From Obrimoposthia wandeli (Eukaryota), in contig CDROCS010001101.1 in the NCBI GenBank assembly GCA_977020255.1, positions 1-64,000 of the forward strand: 64,000 nt of DNA, written 5' to 3'. The notes under the pieces were generated by a model. It saw nothing but the letters and a program-made list of their open reading frames with translations. It was not told the origin of the DNA and did not search any database. Positions 25,598 through 37,208 of this stretch are shown here, piece by piece; within the stretch, counting starts at the first letter, position 1, and the number at the start of each line of letters is the position of its first letter. Both the position numbers and the translations under genes were made by a program.

Positions 25598-26746
25598 ATG
25601 AATAGATTATTGCTATGGATAGCTATATGCATTTCCCTTTCTAGTTGTACAAACTGGCCGAGCATTGGCTATTTTGAAAATACAACAAAACATACTAAAG
25701 AAAGAATCGAATTTAAGCAGCATTATAACTATTTGAATTTACATTTTTCAGTGGCCAATCTACGAGGAGCACAAACCTGTACACCTGCCTACGTAAAAAC
25801 GGTTGAAAATATTAACAGCCGTGTTGAGAAGGCTATTGCAGTAGAAGACCCACGAGATATAAAAATTGAGATGGCCATCCTAGAAAAAAACATCACCAAC
25901 TTAGTCGTGCAACTCAATCGTATGACAAGTAGTACCAATTGTGCCCAGCCGACACGTTTGATTACATCAAATTTTGTTCACCCGCTTATTTATCAGCTTG
26001 ATCTTTTATTGTACTGCGGTCCTCAATTTGAAGAGGGTAGTGCCATTTTGACTGAAGAATACAAAGTGTGTCTGCGCCAAGTAAGTTTTTTACTGTTAGA
26101 TAATCCAGATATTATAATTGAATACACGAAATACCGATTGTTTGAAAATCGTATTAGTCCAGAAATAGCACAATCAAATATCAATTACACCAATAATATA
26201 GTGACTCATAACGTTGCTAACATTATCGATAAAGAAATTGAAAAGTTAGGTAATAGTACTGTTAACAGTACGGTGAATCCAAATGATGAAGATTATAATG
26301 ACATAATGCGTCAGTATTTACTCTTTGAGCAAGTACCCAGTGTGAGTGTGCAGCAAATTTCTAAATTACAATTAAACCTAGACCAAGTACATAGCCCCGT
26401 TCAAATTCATGAAATAGCTACAGGTGATGCGAGTCATAATAAATCCAAGTTATCTGCATTAGATGATTATGCGACAAGCTTAGAGACGGTTGAGTTACTT
26501 AATTTACGTACAGACGTGATCTTCGATTATGTGTTGGATATTACTGCAGACCCACTGCGACACAAGGTTATCTATGAAGATCTACGACTTAGCTCTAGCA
26601 CGTCAGTTACACCAGTGATCAGTACATTATTGTGGCAATCAAAGCGTAATCAAGATATTGACCATAAAGTGAAAGATTGGCGGTTTTTGTTGAATGAAGG
26701 AGAGTTGTTTTCCGATTCTGTACTGCCAAAAGGAGTCGCATTATGA
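25598..26746 (+). CDS. SypB-like exported/outer-membrane protein
   Basis: Lipoprotein-like signal (SLSSC); GAQTCTPAYV; FEEGSA OmpA-like start; position between STAS and export genes. Confidence 0.55.
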   Translation: MNRLLLWIAICISLSSCTNWPSIGYFENTTKHTKERIEFKQHYNYLNLHFSVANLRGAQTCTPAYVKTVENINSRVEKAIAVEDPRDIKIEMAILEKNITNLVVQLNRMTSSTNCAQPTRLITSNFVHPLIYQLDLLLYCGPQFEEGSAILTEEYKVCLRQVSFLLLDNPDIIIEYTKYRLFENRISPEIAQSNINYTNNIVTHNVANIIDKEIEKLGNSTVNSTVNPNDEDYNDIMRQYLLFEQVPSVSVQQISKLQLNLDQVHSPVQIHEIATGDASHNKSKLSALDDYATSLETVELLNLRTDVIFDYVLDITADPLRHKVIYEDLRLSSSTSVTPVISTLLWQSKRNQDIDHKVKDWRFLLNEGELFSDSVLPKGVAL

Positions 26747-28859
26747 AACTTACATCGCTGTTTTGTACTCTCTGTTTAACGCTGATTGTTACTTTTATAT
26801 CAACTTCATCAATTGCTTATGCAGAAAGTGATATTGTTGATTCTGGTGACCAATTATTTATTTTTATGCCAGGTGAAAAAGATTTCTCAGAACCGTTTCA
26901 AGTTGATGCAAGTGGTTATATTCAAATACCTGAAGTAGGTCGGGTCCAAGTTAAAGGCAAAACCCTAGCGGTAGTGCTTAAAGAATTAAAAACCGCATTG
27001 AGTGTGGTGTTTCGTGATATATCAAAACTGTATATTGAGTTTAGAGCGCGCGAGAAGTTAGTGACCGTTTTAGGTTATGTTAATGATCCACATGAAGTAG
27101 TACTACCTGAATTTGGTAATGTACAGATGGCATTGAATAAAGCTGGGGGCATGCTACCTGGCGCTCAGCTTGACAATATGCAATTACAACGTGGCGCTGA
27201 AGTAATGATTTTCGACTTTAAGCGTTACTTGGAAACGGGTGATGACAACGTATTGCCAGTGCTTAAATCTGGCGATGTTATTTTTGTGCCTTCGTCACCG
27301 CTGACTGGTAATGTTCAGATGACTTTCGATGCGACAACGTTAAAATCAGGCGGTGATGCAAGTGATACTCAAAAAGCAGTGACAGTATTTGGTGAGGTTA
27401 ATGCTCCGGGAACGTTCTCTTATGTACCGGGTATGACGGTAATCGAAAGTTTGATGAAGGCTAATGGCGTTACTCGTTATGGTAATGTGAGTAAGATTCG
27501 AGTCATGTGGGATAAAAAAGGGCAAACATTCAGTTTATTTTACCTAGATACGGAGTGGATACTGGAATTACCGTCAACTGACCAGGCACGACTATTTTGC
27601 CTGACAGTGCAGATATCAAGTGGCTTTCTTTAAGTTGATATTTATCGTCATACGGGCAAGTGAGAATAAACTGATGCTTATGAGGAACGATAAAAGGCAT
27701 TATACTTAGCGGATTATGCTATGCAAGTAGTCTAATCGATATGCAGATTAACGCGTAAAATTAAATTCTGAAAGTTAATGGTGATACATTCCGTTTTGAT
27801 TTAAAAAAATATTCTGATGATCCTGAAAATAATCCTTTTCCTCAGATTACCGGTGGTGATGTCATTTTCTTACCTGAAAAAGCTGACATGATTGAGAAAT
27901 CTTGGTTAATCGAAGCGCATAATGAAGCGATTAAGATCATTGGCGCAGTAAAAAATCCGGGACGTTACCAGTGGGATGATGGTATGACATTTCTCGATCT
28001 ACTTGGGCACGCTGAGGGCCCAACTGAAAAAGCAGATTTAGCGAAAATAATTATCGTCGGAGATGATGGTTTAGGACAACGTCAGAATTTTGATTTAGAA
28101 AAATTTATGAAAATAGGTGGTGATTATTTATCTTTGCCGCAACTATCGGCTGGCGACACGATAATGTTCAATGAACTGCCCGATGATCCCACGGATAACA
28201 AATCAAAGTGGATTAAGCAAGAATCTGAGTCATCAATTTATATTTTGGGTGCTGTAGGCGCGCCAGGGCGTTATGCCTTTAATAGTGGCTTGGATTTTCT
28301 TGATTTATTATCTGCGGCAGATGGCCCGACAAATGACGCTGATATTAAACATATTAAGATAACACATCGTAACCGTCGTTATGCTAAAGCCTCAACGTTA
28401 GATTTAGATATGTACTTTGAAACAGGCGATGAAACTCTGTTACCACAAGTACTGCCTGGAGATACAATTTATATCCCAGCTAAGACGGATAGCGGTGAAC
28501 TGAATAATACGGTTAACATTGTGCAGATTTTAGGCGCTGTACATAACCCTGGGCGTTACAAATACGATGCTTCATTAGATGTTGTTGGTATATTAACAAT
28601 GGCTGGAGGCCCAACGTCTGAAGCGTACATTGATCGTATTATCGTTCTCTCCAAACGGGGTGAAATGGAACATACTACGCGTACGTTTAATATGAAAGAT
28701 TATTTTACGCAGCCAGATTATCGCGATATTCCGATTATACATGCGGGTGATACCATTTATATTCCCAATGAAAGAGATTCAAATTGGAGTCAGTTTATGG
28801 ATATATTAGGCAGTGCACTAGGTGTTGTAACACTCTTTATCGTTGGTTCTTCATTATGA
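26743..28859 (+). pseudogene. SypC/Wza-like SLBB-repeat polysaccharide export gene, split by an insertion
   Basis: 5' part (26743 to ~27507) and 3' part (~27771-28859) both carry SLBB repeats (V.GAV..PG.Y); an unrelated ~263 bp lies between them. Confidence 0.8.
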
Positions 28860-29575
28860 ATATTTTACCGGAAACATTTGTAGAAATAGAACAGATATAT
28901 CAATCCATCATGAATGAAAAAATTAAATCAATTTCGATAAATTGTGCTCAAGGTAAAGAGGGTACAACTGAGCTCGTCTTAGCATTAGCTCGGCGTTACC
29001 AGGCTGCTGGAAATAAAGTACTCATTGTCGATTTAAATACATTTAAACCCGCAATTTCTAATGAGTATGTTCAACAAAAACAGTCATGGTCTTTAGATGA
29101 TACTAATGTGCAAACCGCTTGTATAACCCCATTTTCAGAGATGATAGATATTTTACCTGCACCCCATAGTGAACAAGATCAAAACATTAGCTTTCGAGAT
29201 GAAAACAAACTAACAAGTGCGATAGAGTTTTGGTTGCAACATTATAATTTTATTATATTTGATACATGTGCTATTACTCGGGCTAATTTTTCAAATATCC
29301 CTGGTGAAGTTATCGCTAAGGGTTGTGACGCTAGTTTGCTTGTTGTAGCACCGGGTATTTCCTTAGAGAGTCGAGTATTAAAGACAATGGAAATTTTTAA
29401 CACTAACCAAGTCAATTTACTTGGTACTGTTATCAATGATGTACAGTCCCCGCCACTGGATATGCAATTAAGAAACTCTGTGCGAAGACGGCTAAAGCGT
29501 TTTCCGAAAATTGAAGAATGGTTTCTTAAGCGTATCTCAAATATCGAGCTGTTAAAAGGGAATATAGGTCGCTGA
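28856..29575 (+). CDS. SypD-like capsular polysaccharide ATPase/BY-kinase-type protein (degenerate Walker A)
   Basis: EG.TE..LALARRY, VLIVDLN, IIFDT; ATG 28856. Confidence 0.75.
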   Translation: MNILPETFVEIEQIYQSIMNEKIKSISINCAQGKEGTTELVLALARRYQAAGNKVLIVDLNTFKPAISNEYVQQKQSWSLDDTNVQTACITPFSEMIDILPAPHSEQDQNISFRDENKLTSAIEFWLQHYNFIIFDTCAITRANFSNIPGEVIAKGCDASLLVVAPGISLESRVLKTMEIFNTNQVNLLGTVINDVQSPPLDMQLRNSVRRRLKRFPKIEEWFLKRISNIELLKGNIGR

Positions 29576-31062
29576 TGAAAACACAGCTTTTCGTAAAAAA
29601 ATACCCGTTAAAGTTGAACTCCATTAGCGAAGTTCGGCGTTTATTGACCACATTGTGTTATCAGTTAGCACTCGATCAAGCAGAAGTAGATCGTGTGACA
29701 CTCGTGTTGGCTGAATATCTGTCTAATCTGTATTTCCATAATCCAGACTCTGTTCACTGGTTTAGTATCGAGCTCGCTGGTAGCAAGGATAATTGGTATT
29801 TTTCTGTGTCTGATAACGGTGATAGTTTCAATCCCTACCTAGTTGATACTAATGATATATTTAATGGCGAGTTACTGACTGGTGGCATGGGGTTAGCGTT
29901 AATTCAAACCCATAATCCTGATGGCTGCTATGTGAGTGCTAACGGTATAAATCAATTAACCTGCCCATTGAACAAGCAAGATAAAAAACTTAACGTGGTG
30001 ATAGTGGATGATGATCGAGTCTTATTATCGGCGCATCAAGCTTATCTCAATACTGATTTTACCGTGCATACTTTTTCTGAGGCTGCTCAGGCACTTAAGT
30101 TTATTGCGCACGAAGGCTGTGATCTTATTATTGCAGACATACATATGCCAGAGATGTCTGGGTTTGAATTAAGACAAAAGGTTGAAGACCTTGAGAAAGG
30201 CGCATTAACACCGTTTGTATTCTTAACCGGGGATGACAACTTATCTATCCAAGAGCAAGCCGCAGAAGTATCAATCGATGGTTACTTAATTAAACCGATT
30301 ACCAAAACGTCGCTACTTGCTGTTTGTAATCGGGTCATACGCAGGACAAATCAACTCGCGTTGCATTATCAACAACGGGTGGTGGAATCACTCGGTAGGC
30401 CATTTAAACCATCGCTGCCTTCCCAAGCTGGGCTATGGAATTTGGCGTTAGCACATACACCTGCGACTGAAGGCGGAGGTGATTTTGTATTTTTTCATGA
30501 TTTTGGGGAAAGCCAGATTATAGCATTAGGTGACATTATGGGGCATGGTCCTGTCGCTAAATTTCATAGTTTTGCCATCATGGGATATTTAGAAGGGGTT
30601 ATTACGGCGGTAGATGCCTCTCCCACGAGTTTACTTGCTGGATTATCTAATCGCCTGTATTTAAATCAATTGTTAGAAAGCAGTATGCTGACCTGTACTG
30701 CCATTAAACTTACGGGTAAGCAATGTGAAATTGCCTCGGCAGGTCACCCGCAGCCTTACTTACTACATGATTCTGGTTATGATGCTATCGACTGTAAAGG
30801 GACTGTCTTAGGTTTACTGCCTGATGAGCAATATTCATCAGTGACTTTGCAATTAACACCTGAAGATAAATTGTTTTTCTATTCTGACGGTATTTTTGAA
30901 AATATTGATAGAAACTGTGACTGTATTGATAATATACTTGTTGATATTAAAGGGAAAACAGCTCAAAGTACGTTAGATAAACTCTGGCTGCGCTTTGAGT
31001 CACTTTCTCCAGAGCAGTTACAAGATGATGTCACGGCACTGGTTATTGAAATCAATACATAA
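29575..31062 (+). CDS. SypE-like RsbW kinase-REC-PP2C phosphatase
   Basis: N-terminal HATPase (SDNGDSF, GGMGL), REC (VDDD, DIHMP), SpoIIE (GGGDF, GDIMGHG, YSDG, DDVT). Confidence 0.9.
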   Translation: MKTQLFVKKYPLKLNSISEVRRLLTTLCYQLALDQAEVDRVTLVLAEYLSNLYFHNPDSVHWFSIELAGSKDNWYFSVSDNGDSFNPYLVDTNDIFNGELLTGGMGLALIQTHNPDGCYVSANGINQLTCPLNKQDKKLNVVIVDDDRVLLSAHQAYLNTDFTVHTFSEAAQALKFIAHEGCDLIIADIHMPEMSGFELRQKVEDLEKGALTPFVFLTGDDNLSIQEQAAEVSIDGYLIKPITKTSLLAVCNRVIRRTNQLALHYQQRVVESLGRPFKPSLPSQAGLWNLALAHTPATEGGGDFVFFHDFGESQIIALGDIMGHGPVAKFHSFAIMGYLEGVITAVDASPTSLLAGLSNRLYLNQLLESSMLTCTAIKLTGKQCEIASAGHPQPYLLHDSGYDAIDCKGTVLGLLPDEQYSSVTLQLTPEDKLFFYSDGIFENIDRNCDCIDNILVDIKGKTAQSTLDKLWLRFESLSPEQLQDDVTALVIEINT

Positions 31063-31125
31063 CCGGTACAGACTATCGAGTAAGGTTATCATTTAGAGCT
31101 ATAATTTACAGTAAGAGGTTATTAA

Positions 31126-31470
31126 ATGGAAAACACAGTTATTAATGAAACGGTATTCACGCAATTACTGGTTGATGTTGGGGAAGAGATGTTACCAGCG
31201 TTAGTGGATGTTTTTAACGAAGAAACAACAGAGCGTATTGCAGACTTAAGAGCGTTAATGACTAGCGTTGATAATGATAAAGTAGCGCAAAGTTGTCATA
31301 GTATAAAAAGTAGCGCAGGGACGTACGGTGCCTTGATTGTGCAACAGCATGCTGAAGAGTTGGAAATAATGGCAAAATCAAATAGCACGGCGGAAGTGCA
31401 AGTGAAATTACCATTGTTAATTAAAAGTTTAGAGGATGCGATCAGCGCGTTGACATTAAAATGTGATTAA
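31126..31470 (+). CDS. Stand-alone Hpt phosphotransfer protein
   Basis: [13 protein letters not shown] motif. Confidence 0.9.
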   Translation: MENTVINETVFTQLLVDVGEEMLPALVDVFNEETTERIADLRALMTSVDNDKVAQSCHSIKSSAGTYGALIVQQHAEELEIMAKSNSTAEVQVKLPLLIKSLEDAISALTLKCD

Positions 31471-32353
31471 CGACTGATTCGATTGCTGTTTTCAATTTTA
31501 TTCTGTCGTGATAATTTTTGTTTACGTCTTCACGTAAATCATGGGTATAGGTAGGGTAAGTCAATTCTGATTGCTTATCTATATCCTGTATCACGGCATT
31601 AATCAGTGGAAAGCCTAATTTATCTTCACACCATTTTAAACGTTCTTCTAGTGTAATTGTTGATGCCGGCCCTATCTCGTGCTGTAAATTACCTAAGTAG
31701 ATTACTTTTGCATTAGTTCTGCGCAAAGCTACTTGTATGTCTTTCAGTAGTAGGGGAGGCATGATACTGGTGAGAAATGACCCTGGACCTAATAATATCA
31801 ATTCTGCCTTTTCAATGGCTTGTACGGCTTCAAGTGTTGCTGAAACATTTGGTTGGACAGTTAATTGATTTGGAAATTCCTGCATTTTATCTACAGATAC
31901 TTCACCGTATACATCACTGCCGCAAGGCGTTACTGCAATTAAGTCACTCGGTTCTTCTGACATTGGAATAAGTTGGCATTCGACATGTAGCATATTACGA
32001 ATCAAGTTGACGGCATCTAACGGTCGCACACAGAGATTATCTAATGCGACAAGCATAAGATTACCTAAGTTATGATTTTTTAGCTCACCTTCATTTTGGA
32101 AGCGATATTCAAACAATAACGAACCTATGTCTGGTTTAGTGACTAATTGATTAATACAGTTGCGGATATCACCCCATGCAATACAATTTTCAGCGCTTCT
32201 AAGGCGCCCGGTTGAACCACCATTATCGGTTGTTGTTACAATCCCTGTTAATCGAGGGCCTAAAAAGGACAGGGAAGACAGCACTCGGCCGAGCCCATGA
32301 CCACCACCAATAGCGACAACCTTATTAAGATCTGAAAGTGATTTTTGTAACAT
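31442..32353 (-). CDS. YvcK/YbhK (CofD-like, UPF0052) family protein
   Basis: [29 protein letters not shown]. Confidence 0.9.
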   Translation of the reverse strand: MLQKSLSDLNKVVAIGGGHGLGRVLSSLSFLGPRLTGIVTTTDNGGSTGRLRSAENCIAWGDIRNCINQLVTKPDIGSLLFEYRFQNEGELKNHNLGNLMLVALDNLCVRPLDAVNLIRNMLHVECQLIPMSEEPSDLIAVTPCGSDVYGEVSVDKMQEFPNQLTVQPNVSATLEAVQAIEKAELILLGPGSFLTSIMPPLLLKDIQVALRRTNAKVIYLGNLQHEIGPASTITLEERLKWCEDKLGFPLINAVIQDIDKQSELTYPTYTHDLREDVNKNYHDRIKLKTAIESVVNHILMSTR

Positions 32354-32505
32354 AAGATGAGTCAAGTTAAGTAAATTAGATAACACCATCATATCTTGAA
32401 ATTACTTTACTTGGTAATTAAGTTGTTTTTTTCCGGCTAATTATTAAGCAAACATTATATGAGTTAGTTTTTATGCGATATCGAACGTATATAAAGCTCG
32501 AATGC

Positions 32506-33081
32506 TTATATTGGCATTAATTTTTTTAGTATTGCGAGAGCGTTATTACAGTCGGGTGATTGTAATAAATTTTGTTTTTCTGAAACTGAAAGGGGCAGGA
32601 GTTCTATCCATCGCTGTGATACCCAACTTATATTTTCCATTTGTTTTAATGCATAAAGTTGGTTTATATCGGCGTGTTGTTGATATAAGTCTTCAAGTTT
32701 CTCAGCAAGATAAATCTCTTCAGGGGTGGTGGTTTGATCTGGCCAGTTAGTGATGTAGTGGACATTAGCCATTTTTAAACCATCAGGATCTATAGCGATA
32801 TCATCAATGATAAAACGCTGACGTCCTTCAATATTAATGCCGAGGAAACCGTCGTCTAAGGTATAAAAATCAATTATCTCAACATGCGTGCCAATGCTGG
32901 ATATACGCCCAAAGGGACCAGTCTGATTTGGATCTATCATCACCACGCCAAATCCACTCGTTGTTTTAGCGCTATCTTTGATCATGCGGATATAGCGATC
33001 TTCGCTGATACGGACCGGTAATCTACCGTTTGGTAAAATATGTGCTGTTAAGGGTAATAATGCCAGTTGGATCGTTTGCAA
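32506..33081 (-). CDS. LON peptidase substrate-binding domain protein
   Basis: LPNGRLPVRISEDRY, IGTHVEIIDF. Confidence 0.85.
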   Translation of the reverse strand: MQTIQLALLPLTAHILPNGRLPVRISEDRYIRMIKDSAKTTSGFGVVMIDPNQTGPFGRISSIGTHVEIIDFYTLDDGFLGINIEGRQRFIIDDIAIDPDGLKMANVHYITNWPDQTTTPEEIYLAEKLEDLYQQHADINQLYALKQMENISWVSQRWIELLPLSVSEKQNLLQSPDCNNALAILKKLMPI

Positions 33082-33223
33082 GAGTAAGCCTTAGTCAATG
33101 TGAATATAACTAATGATAGCTTTGTTTAAAGGGTCTGCACGGAAGAAAGGAAGTAGAATAATATTGATGAGGAAAATGAAGTGAAAATGTAACGCGAACT
33201 ACATTTTCACTTCAATTATTTGC

Positions 33224-33871
33224 TTATGCGCTTGTTTTATTGTGCTCAAGATACATAACAGCAGCTTCAACACGTGAGCTTGCTTCTAGTTTCTTTAATA
33301 AGCTTTTAACGTGAACTTTTACAGTACCTTCTGAAATATGTAGGTTACTTGCAACATGTTTGTTGCTATAGCCTTTAGATATTTCAAGTAAAATTTGATT
33401 TTCACGTTTAGTTAACTTAGCTAGTTTTTCTGCAAAGTTATTATCTTCATGCAGGCAATCTAAATAACCCAGTAGGCTTTCAGAAAGTGCTTGTTGGCCA
33501 GATAATACATCTTGAAGTTGTGCTAATAATAGATCCGGTTCTGAATCTTTTAATAGGTAACCATCAGCGCCAGCGTTGATTAAACGGATCACATCTTGTT
33601 TGTTATCAGACACTGTTAAAATAACAACTCGAGAGCTTAATTCTTCAGCTCTAAGTGCTTTTAACGTATCTAAACCTGACATACCTTTCATGTTCAGATC
33701 AAGTAATACTAGGTCTGGTTCATGCTGTTTAGCAAGAGTGATAGCTTCCACGCCATCGCTAGCTTCACCAATCACATTGAACTTTTCTTCTAATGAAAGT
33801 AATTGAACAATGCCTTTACGCATTAATGGGTGATCATCAACTACTAAAATCGTGTAACTATTCTCAAGCAT
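33224..33871 (-). CDS. narP: Nitrate/nitrite response regulator (NarP/NarL family)
   Basis: VDDHPLMRKG, LDLNMKGMSGLDTL, LuxR HTH; next to the narQ-like kinase and nap. Confidence 0.85.
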   Translation of the reverse strand: MLENSYTILVVDDHPLMRKGIVQLLSLEEKFNVIGEASDGVEAITLAKQHEPDLVLLDLNMKGMSGLDTLKALRAEELSSRVVILTVSDNKQDVIRLINAGADGYLLKDSEPDLLLAQLQDVLSGQQALSESLLGYLDCLHEDNNFAEKLAKLTKRENQILLEISKGYSNKHVASNLHISEGTVKVHVKSLLKKLEASSRVEAAVMYLEHNKTSA

Positions 33872-35582
33872 GTTTGTTTTCCCTGTCGAAGGTAAGTAAT
33901 ACTAAAGTGCCTTTTATTTTATTATTTTTTATTTCTAATTTAGCACCTAGTTTTGAAGCGCGTTCTCCCATTATGTTTAAGCCATAATGGTTGGATTTTA
34001 CGGGGTTGGCTGGTATGCCATTCCCATTATCCGAAATAGATACTTCGATAGTACCATTTTTATTCGTCCCGCAGTCAATTATTATTTCATCTGAATCGGC
34101 ATGTTTGATGGAATTCAATACAGCTTCTCGGATTATTTGCAGAATATGTATATGCTGGTTCGGTTTAAATAAATGTTCTTCTAATTCATAGCTTAGATGA
34201 ATTTTCGATATAGTGCGCTGACGTAATTGGGCAAGCATGATCGAAATGGCTTCAGATAAGTTCGCATCATCGAGTGTAAGCCTAAAGGTATTCAATAATT
34301 CTCTTAATTGGGTATAAGATAATTTTAAGTTGGTATCTATCTCTTCGACAATGTCATTGGTTGCCGGTGTGATCTCTTGATTTTTTAAATGTCGTTTAAG
34401 TAACGCTACTTGAATTTTTAAATACGACAGGGCTTGGGCCAGTGAATCATGTAGCTCACGAGCAATCACCGCACGTTCTTCCATTAATAGTGATCGTTGG
34501 GCTTCTAAATTACTCTGAGAACGATGTTGGGCGCGTGAAATAATACGGCAATAGCTACTTAAATGAGCTTGGTCGGTCGCTTCCCGTTGTAAGACCGTTA
34601 ATGTACCAAAAGACTGTTCTTCGAGTTCTAACTTTAAGGCTAATGTTTGTTCGCCATTATCAGTACCGGCATTAAGGTAGATGGTTTCTACTTCTGAACC
34701 TGTGAGTACCAGTTTATAGAAACTAAGGCCATTTAGCGCTGATACACTCTGCAATGTTTGTTCTAACATATCAGCATTGAGGTGTGTGACATGTAATTTT
34801 TGTGATGTGGTATATAAAAAATTAATTTTATCTTTAGCTTCTTTTAACTGTTTAGTTTTCGCATCTACTTGTTGCTCTAAGTTACTGTAAAGCTGATTTA
34901 AATCATTTGCCATGTGCGAAATGTTACTTGCTAACGAGCCAATTTCATTCTCGTACACAAAATCAAATGATACATCAAACTCACCCCGTCTTATTTGATT
35001 AGATGCGGTGAATATTTGCTGCAGTGGCTTTAATACCTGCACTTGCATTAAACGAATAGTAATAATGCAGACCGCAAAAATAAGACCGATTCCTAGTCCC
35101 TTAATAAGGGTAATAATTTTAACTTTATATTCAGAGTGGTTTTGTAAATTTTGTACGAAAGAATCAATTTGTAATACAAATTCATCTACATTCCCCAAGA
35201 ATAGATCTGGATTATCACTGTGTAGAATATCAGACTGTTCCTGCCATTTAGTCTCAACCGCCATAAACTCTTGTTTCAGTTTTGTAGTGATATCCCAGTT
35301 ATCAACAATATTATTTTTAATGTGGGCAAGTGATTGATTAAAAATATCAATATGAACCTGTCGCTTTACCTCTGTTTCATCGATGGATAAATTATAAGCA
35401 ATTTGATAACTTTGCATTCTTAATGCGCCAGCTTTATTAATTGACGATGCATCGGATAAGCTTAGTGATAGCGCCACTAAGGAGATAAAGGTAAGCAAAG
35501 AGGCCAGAGCGAGTATGCTAAACATACCGCGGCCAATTAAAATGATAATAGACTGATGAGAAGGGATTATATTTTTGATCAT
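33864..35582 (-). CDS. narQ: Nitrate/nitrite sensor histidine kinase
   Basis: P-box INKAGALRMQSY, HAMP, ARELHDSLAQ. Confidence 0.88.
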   Translation of the reverse strand: MIKNIIPSHQSIIILIGRGMFSILALASLLTFISLVALSLSLSDASSINKAGALRMQSYQIAYNLSIDETEVKRQVHIDIFNQSLAHIKNNIVDNWDITTKLKQEFMAVETKWQEQSDILHSDNPDLFLGNVDEFVLQIDSFVQNLQNHSEYKVKIITLIKGLGIGLIFAVCIITIRLMQVQVLKPLQQIFTASNQIRRGEFDVSFDFVYENEIGSLASNISHMANDLNQLYSNLEQQVDAKTKQLKEAKDKINFLYTTSQKLHVTHLNADMLEQTLQSVSALNGLSFYKLVLTGSEVETIYLNAGTDNGEQTLALKLELEEQSFGTLTVLQREATDQAHLSSYCRIISRAQHRSQSNLEAQRSLLMEERAVIARELHDSLAQALSYLKIQVALLKRHLKNQEITPATNDIVEEIDTNLKLSYTQLRELLNTFRLTLDDANLSEAISIMLAQLRQRTISKIHLSYELEEHLFKPNQHIHILQIIREAVLNSIKHADSDEIIIDCGTNKNGTIEVSISDNGNGIPANPVKSNHYGLNIMGERASKLGAKLEIKNNKIKGTLVLLTFDRENKHA

Positions 35583-35639
35583 AGATGATTACTAATTAGT
35601 TAATTAAGTCGTAAATAGACGTATAATTTACAGGGCAAT

Positions 35640-35653
35640 TTAATTTCGATCAA
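35640..35653. promoter_or_regulatory. Putative FNR site between narQ and moaA
   Basis: TTAAT-TTCG-ATCAA, one mismatch to TTGAT-N4-ATCAA. Confidence 0.45.
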
Positions 35654-35749
35654 TGATTTATCATTTTCTACTATAATAAGTGTTACCTATCTCTTTAAAT
35701 TACTTTAAAAATAGTTTAAGTTTAACGACCATAAAATTTAATATAACTC

Positions 35750-35871
35750 AAACTCCGATCCTTAATGATCTAAATTTATAAATTTAAATATGATCTTAAG
35801 GACTCATAGCAACCGCAATTGCTATAAGGGTTTAATCAGAAATGATTAGGCCTCCCGTATTTGGAAAGGTG
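35750..35871 (+). ncRNA. Moco (molybdenum cofactor) riboswitch-like leader
   Basis: Ends GGCCTCCCGTATTTGGAAAGGTG, near identical to the moaA leader 3' hairpin; directly before moaA. Confidence 0.8.
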
Positions 35872-35874
35872 TTT

Positions 35875-36852
35875 ATGCAACTTCAAGATCAATTTTCGCG
35901 TAAATTTTACTATTTACGCTTATCAATTACAGACGTTTGTAATTTCAAATGTAACTACTGCTTACCAGATGGCTATAAAGCCGAAGGTAAACCTGAATTT
36001 TTAGGACGTGATGAATTACGTCGTATCGTGACCGGGTTTGCTGAAATGGGCACTGAAAAAGTGCGTATTACTGGTGGTGAACCTTCATTACGCAAAGACT
36101 TCACAGATATCATTTCAGACATTGCTGCGATCCCTAAAATTAATAAGGTAGCGACAACGACAAACGGCTTTAATCTAGAAAAATATGCACAACAATGGCG
36201 TGATGCTGGGCTTGATGCATTAAATGTCAGTATTGATAGCCTAGATGCACGTATGTTTCGTCAGATTACTGGTAAGAACATGTTCCACAAAGTAATGGCT
36301 GGCCTTGATGCTGCTTTTACTGCGGGCTTTGAAACCGTAAAAGTGAATACGGTATTAATGCGCAACTTAAATGATATCGAGCTGGATGATTTTTTGAATT
36401 GGATCAAAACCAGACCAATTCAATTACGTTTCATTGAGTTAATGCAGACTGGTGATAACCAAGCTTTATTTGACAAGCACCACGTATCTGGCGTGAGTAT
36501 TCGAGACAAATTAATGCTGCAAGGTTGGGTAAGTAAAGTCAGAGGTAAGGCGGATGGACCTGCACAAGTATTTATTCACCCTGACTATATCGGTGAAATT
36601 GGCCTAATTATGCCTTACGAAAAGAATTTCTGTTCAACTTGTAACCGATTACGTGTTTCAACGAAAGGTCGCTTACATTTATGTCTATTTGGTGAAGCTG
36701 GTGTTGAATTGCGTGATTTACTTCAAGAAGATAATCAGCAACAAGCATTAATTGAACGTGTAGTTGGACATATGTCTGAGAAGAAGTCGACACACTTCTT
36801 ACAAGACGGATTTACTGCGAATACACCGCATCTTGCGTCTATTGGTGGCTAA
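35875..36852 (+). CDS. moaA: GTP 3',8-cyclase
   Basis: CNFKCNYC radical-SAM motif; C-terminal IGG; start ATG 35875. Confidence 0.95.
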   Translation: MQLQDQFSRKFYYLRLSITDVCNFKCNYCLPDGYKAEGKPEFLGRDELRRIVTGFAEMGTEKVRITGGEPSLRKDFTDIISDIAAIPKINKVATTTNGFNLEKYAQQWRDAGLDALNVSIDSLDARMFRQITGKNMFHKVMAGLDAAFTAGFETVKVNTVLMRNLNDIELDDFLNWIKTRPIQLRFIELMQTGDNQALFDKHHVSGVSIRDKLMLQGWVSKVRGKADGPAQVFIHPDYIGEIGLIMPYEKNFCSTCNRLRVSTKGRLHLCLFGEAGVELRDLLQEDNQQQALIERVVGHMSEKKSTHFLQDGFTANTPHLASIGG

Positions 36853-36904
36853 AAAGTTAGAAAAAAGTTTATTTACTTCTTCAATTAACCCTGTTTTCTG
36901 CAAA

Positions 36905-36939
36905 TTAAAATAGCGTAATACTGAATTACGCTATTTTAA
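36905..36939. terminator. Hairpin after moaA
   Basis: TTAAAATAGCGTAAT / ATTACGCTATTTTAA perfect 15-bp inverted repeat. Confidence 0.7.
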
Positions 36940-37060
36940 CATCTATAAAAATGCACATTTCAAATGTCTTATCTATAATTAAAAGTATTTGTTGTCACTG
37001 TTTCATTAAATGAATGCTTTTAATAAACTGCCTAATAAAGCTGATTTCAATATCAATTTA

Positions 37061-37074
37061 TTGATCTAAATTAA
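37061..37074. promoter_or_regulatory. Putative FNR site upstream of napF
   Basis: TTGAT-CTAA-ATTAA; TACCTA/TAGGTA NarP-like heptamers nearby. Confidence 0.45.
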
Positions 37075-37208
37075 GTTTTACCTAGCTTATCCATTAGGGA
37101 GTATATTAGGTATGGGTTTTTTGTATCATCATGAAACAAATATCTTTATAGACTGATGTGGATTTTAAACGACACATTTAAAAATGAATTATTTTACAAG
37201 GTAGTTTT

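Noticed and set aside
27508-27770. IS or MITE as the identity of the insert in the export gene
   Set aside because: No convincing terminal inverted repeats, target-site duplication or transposase.
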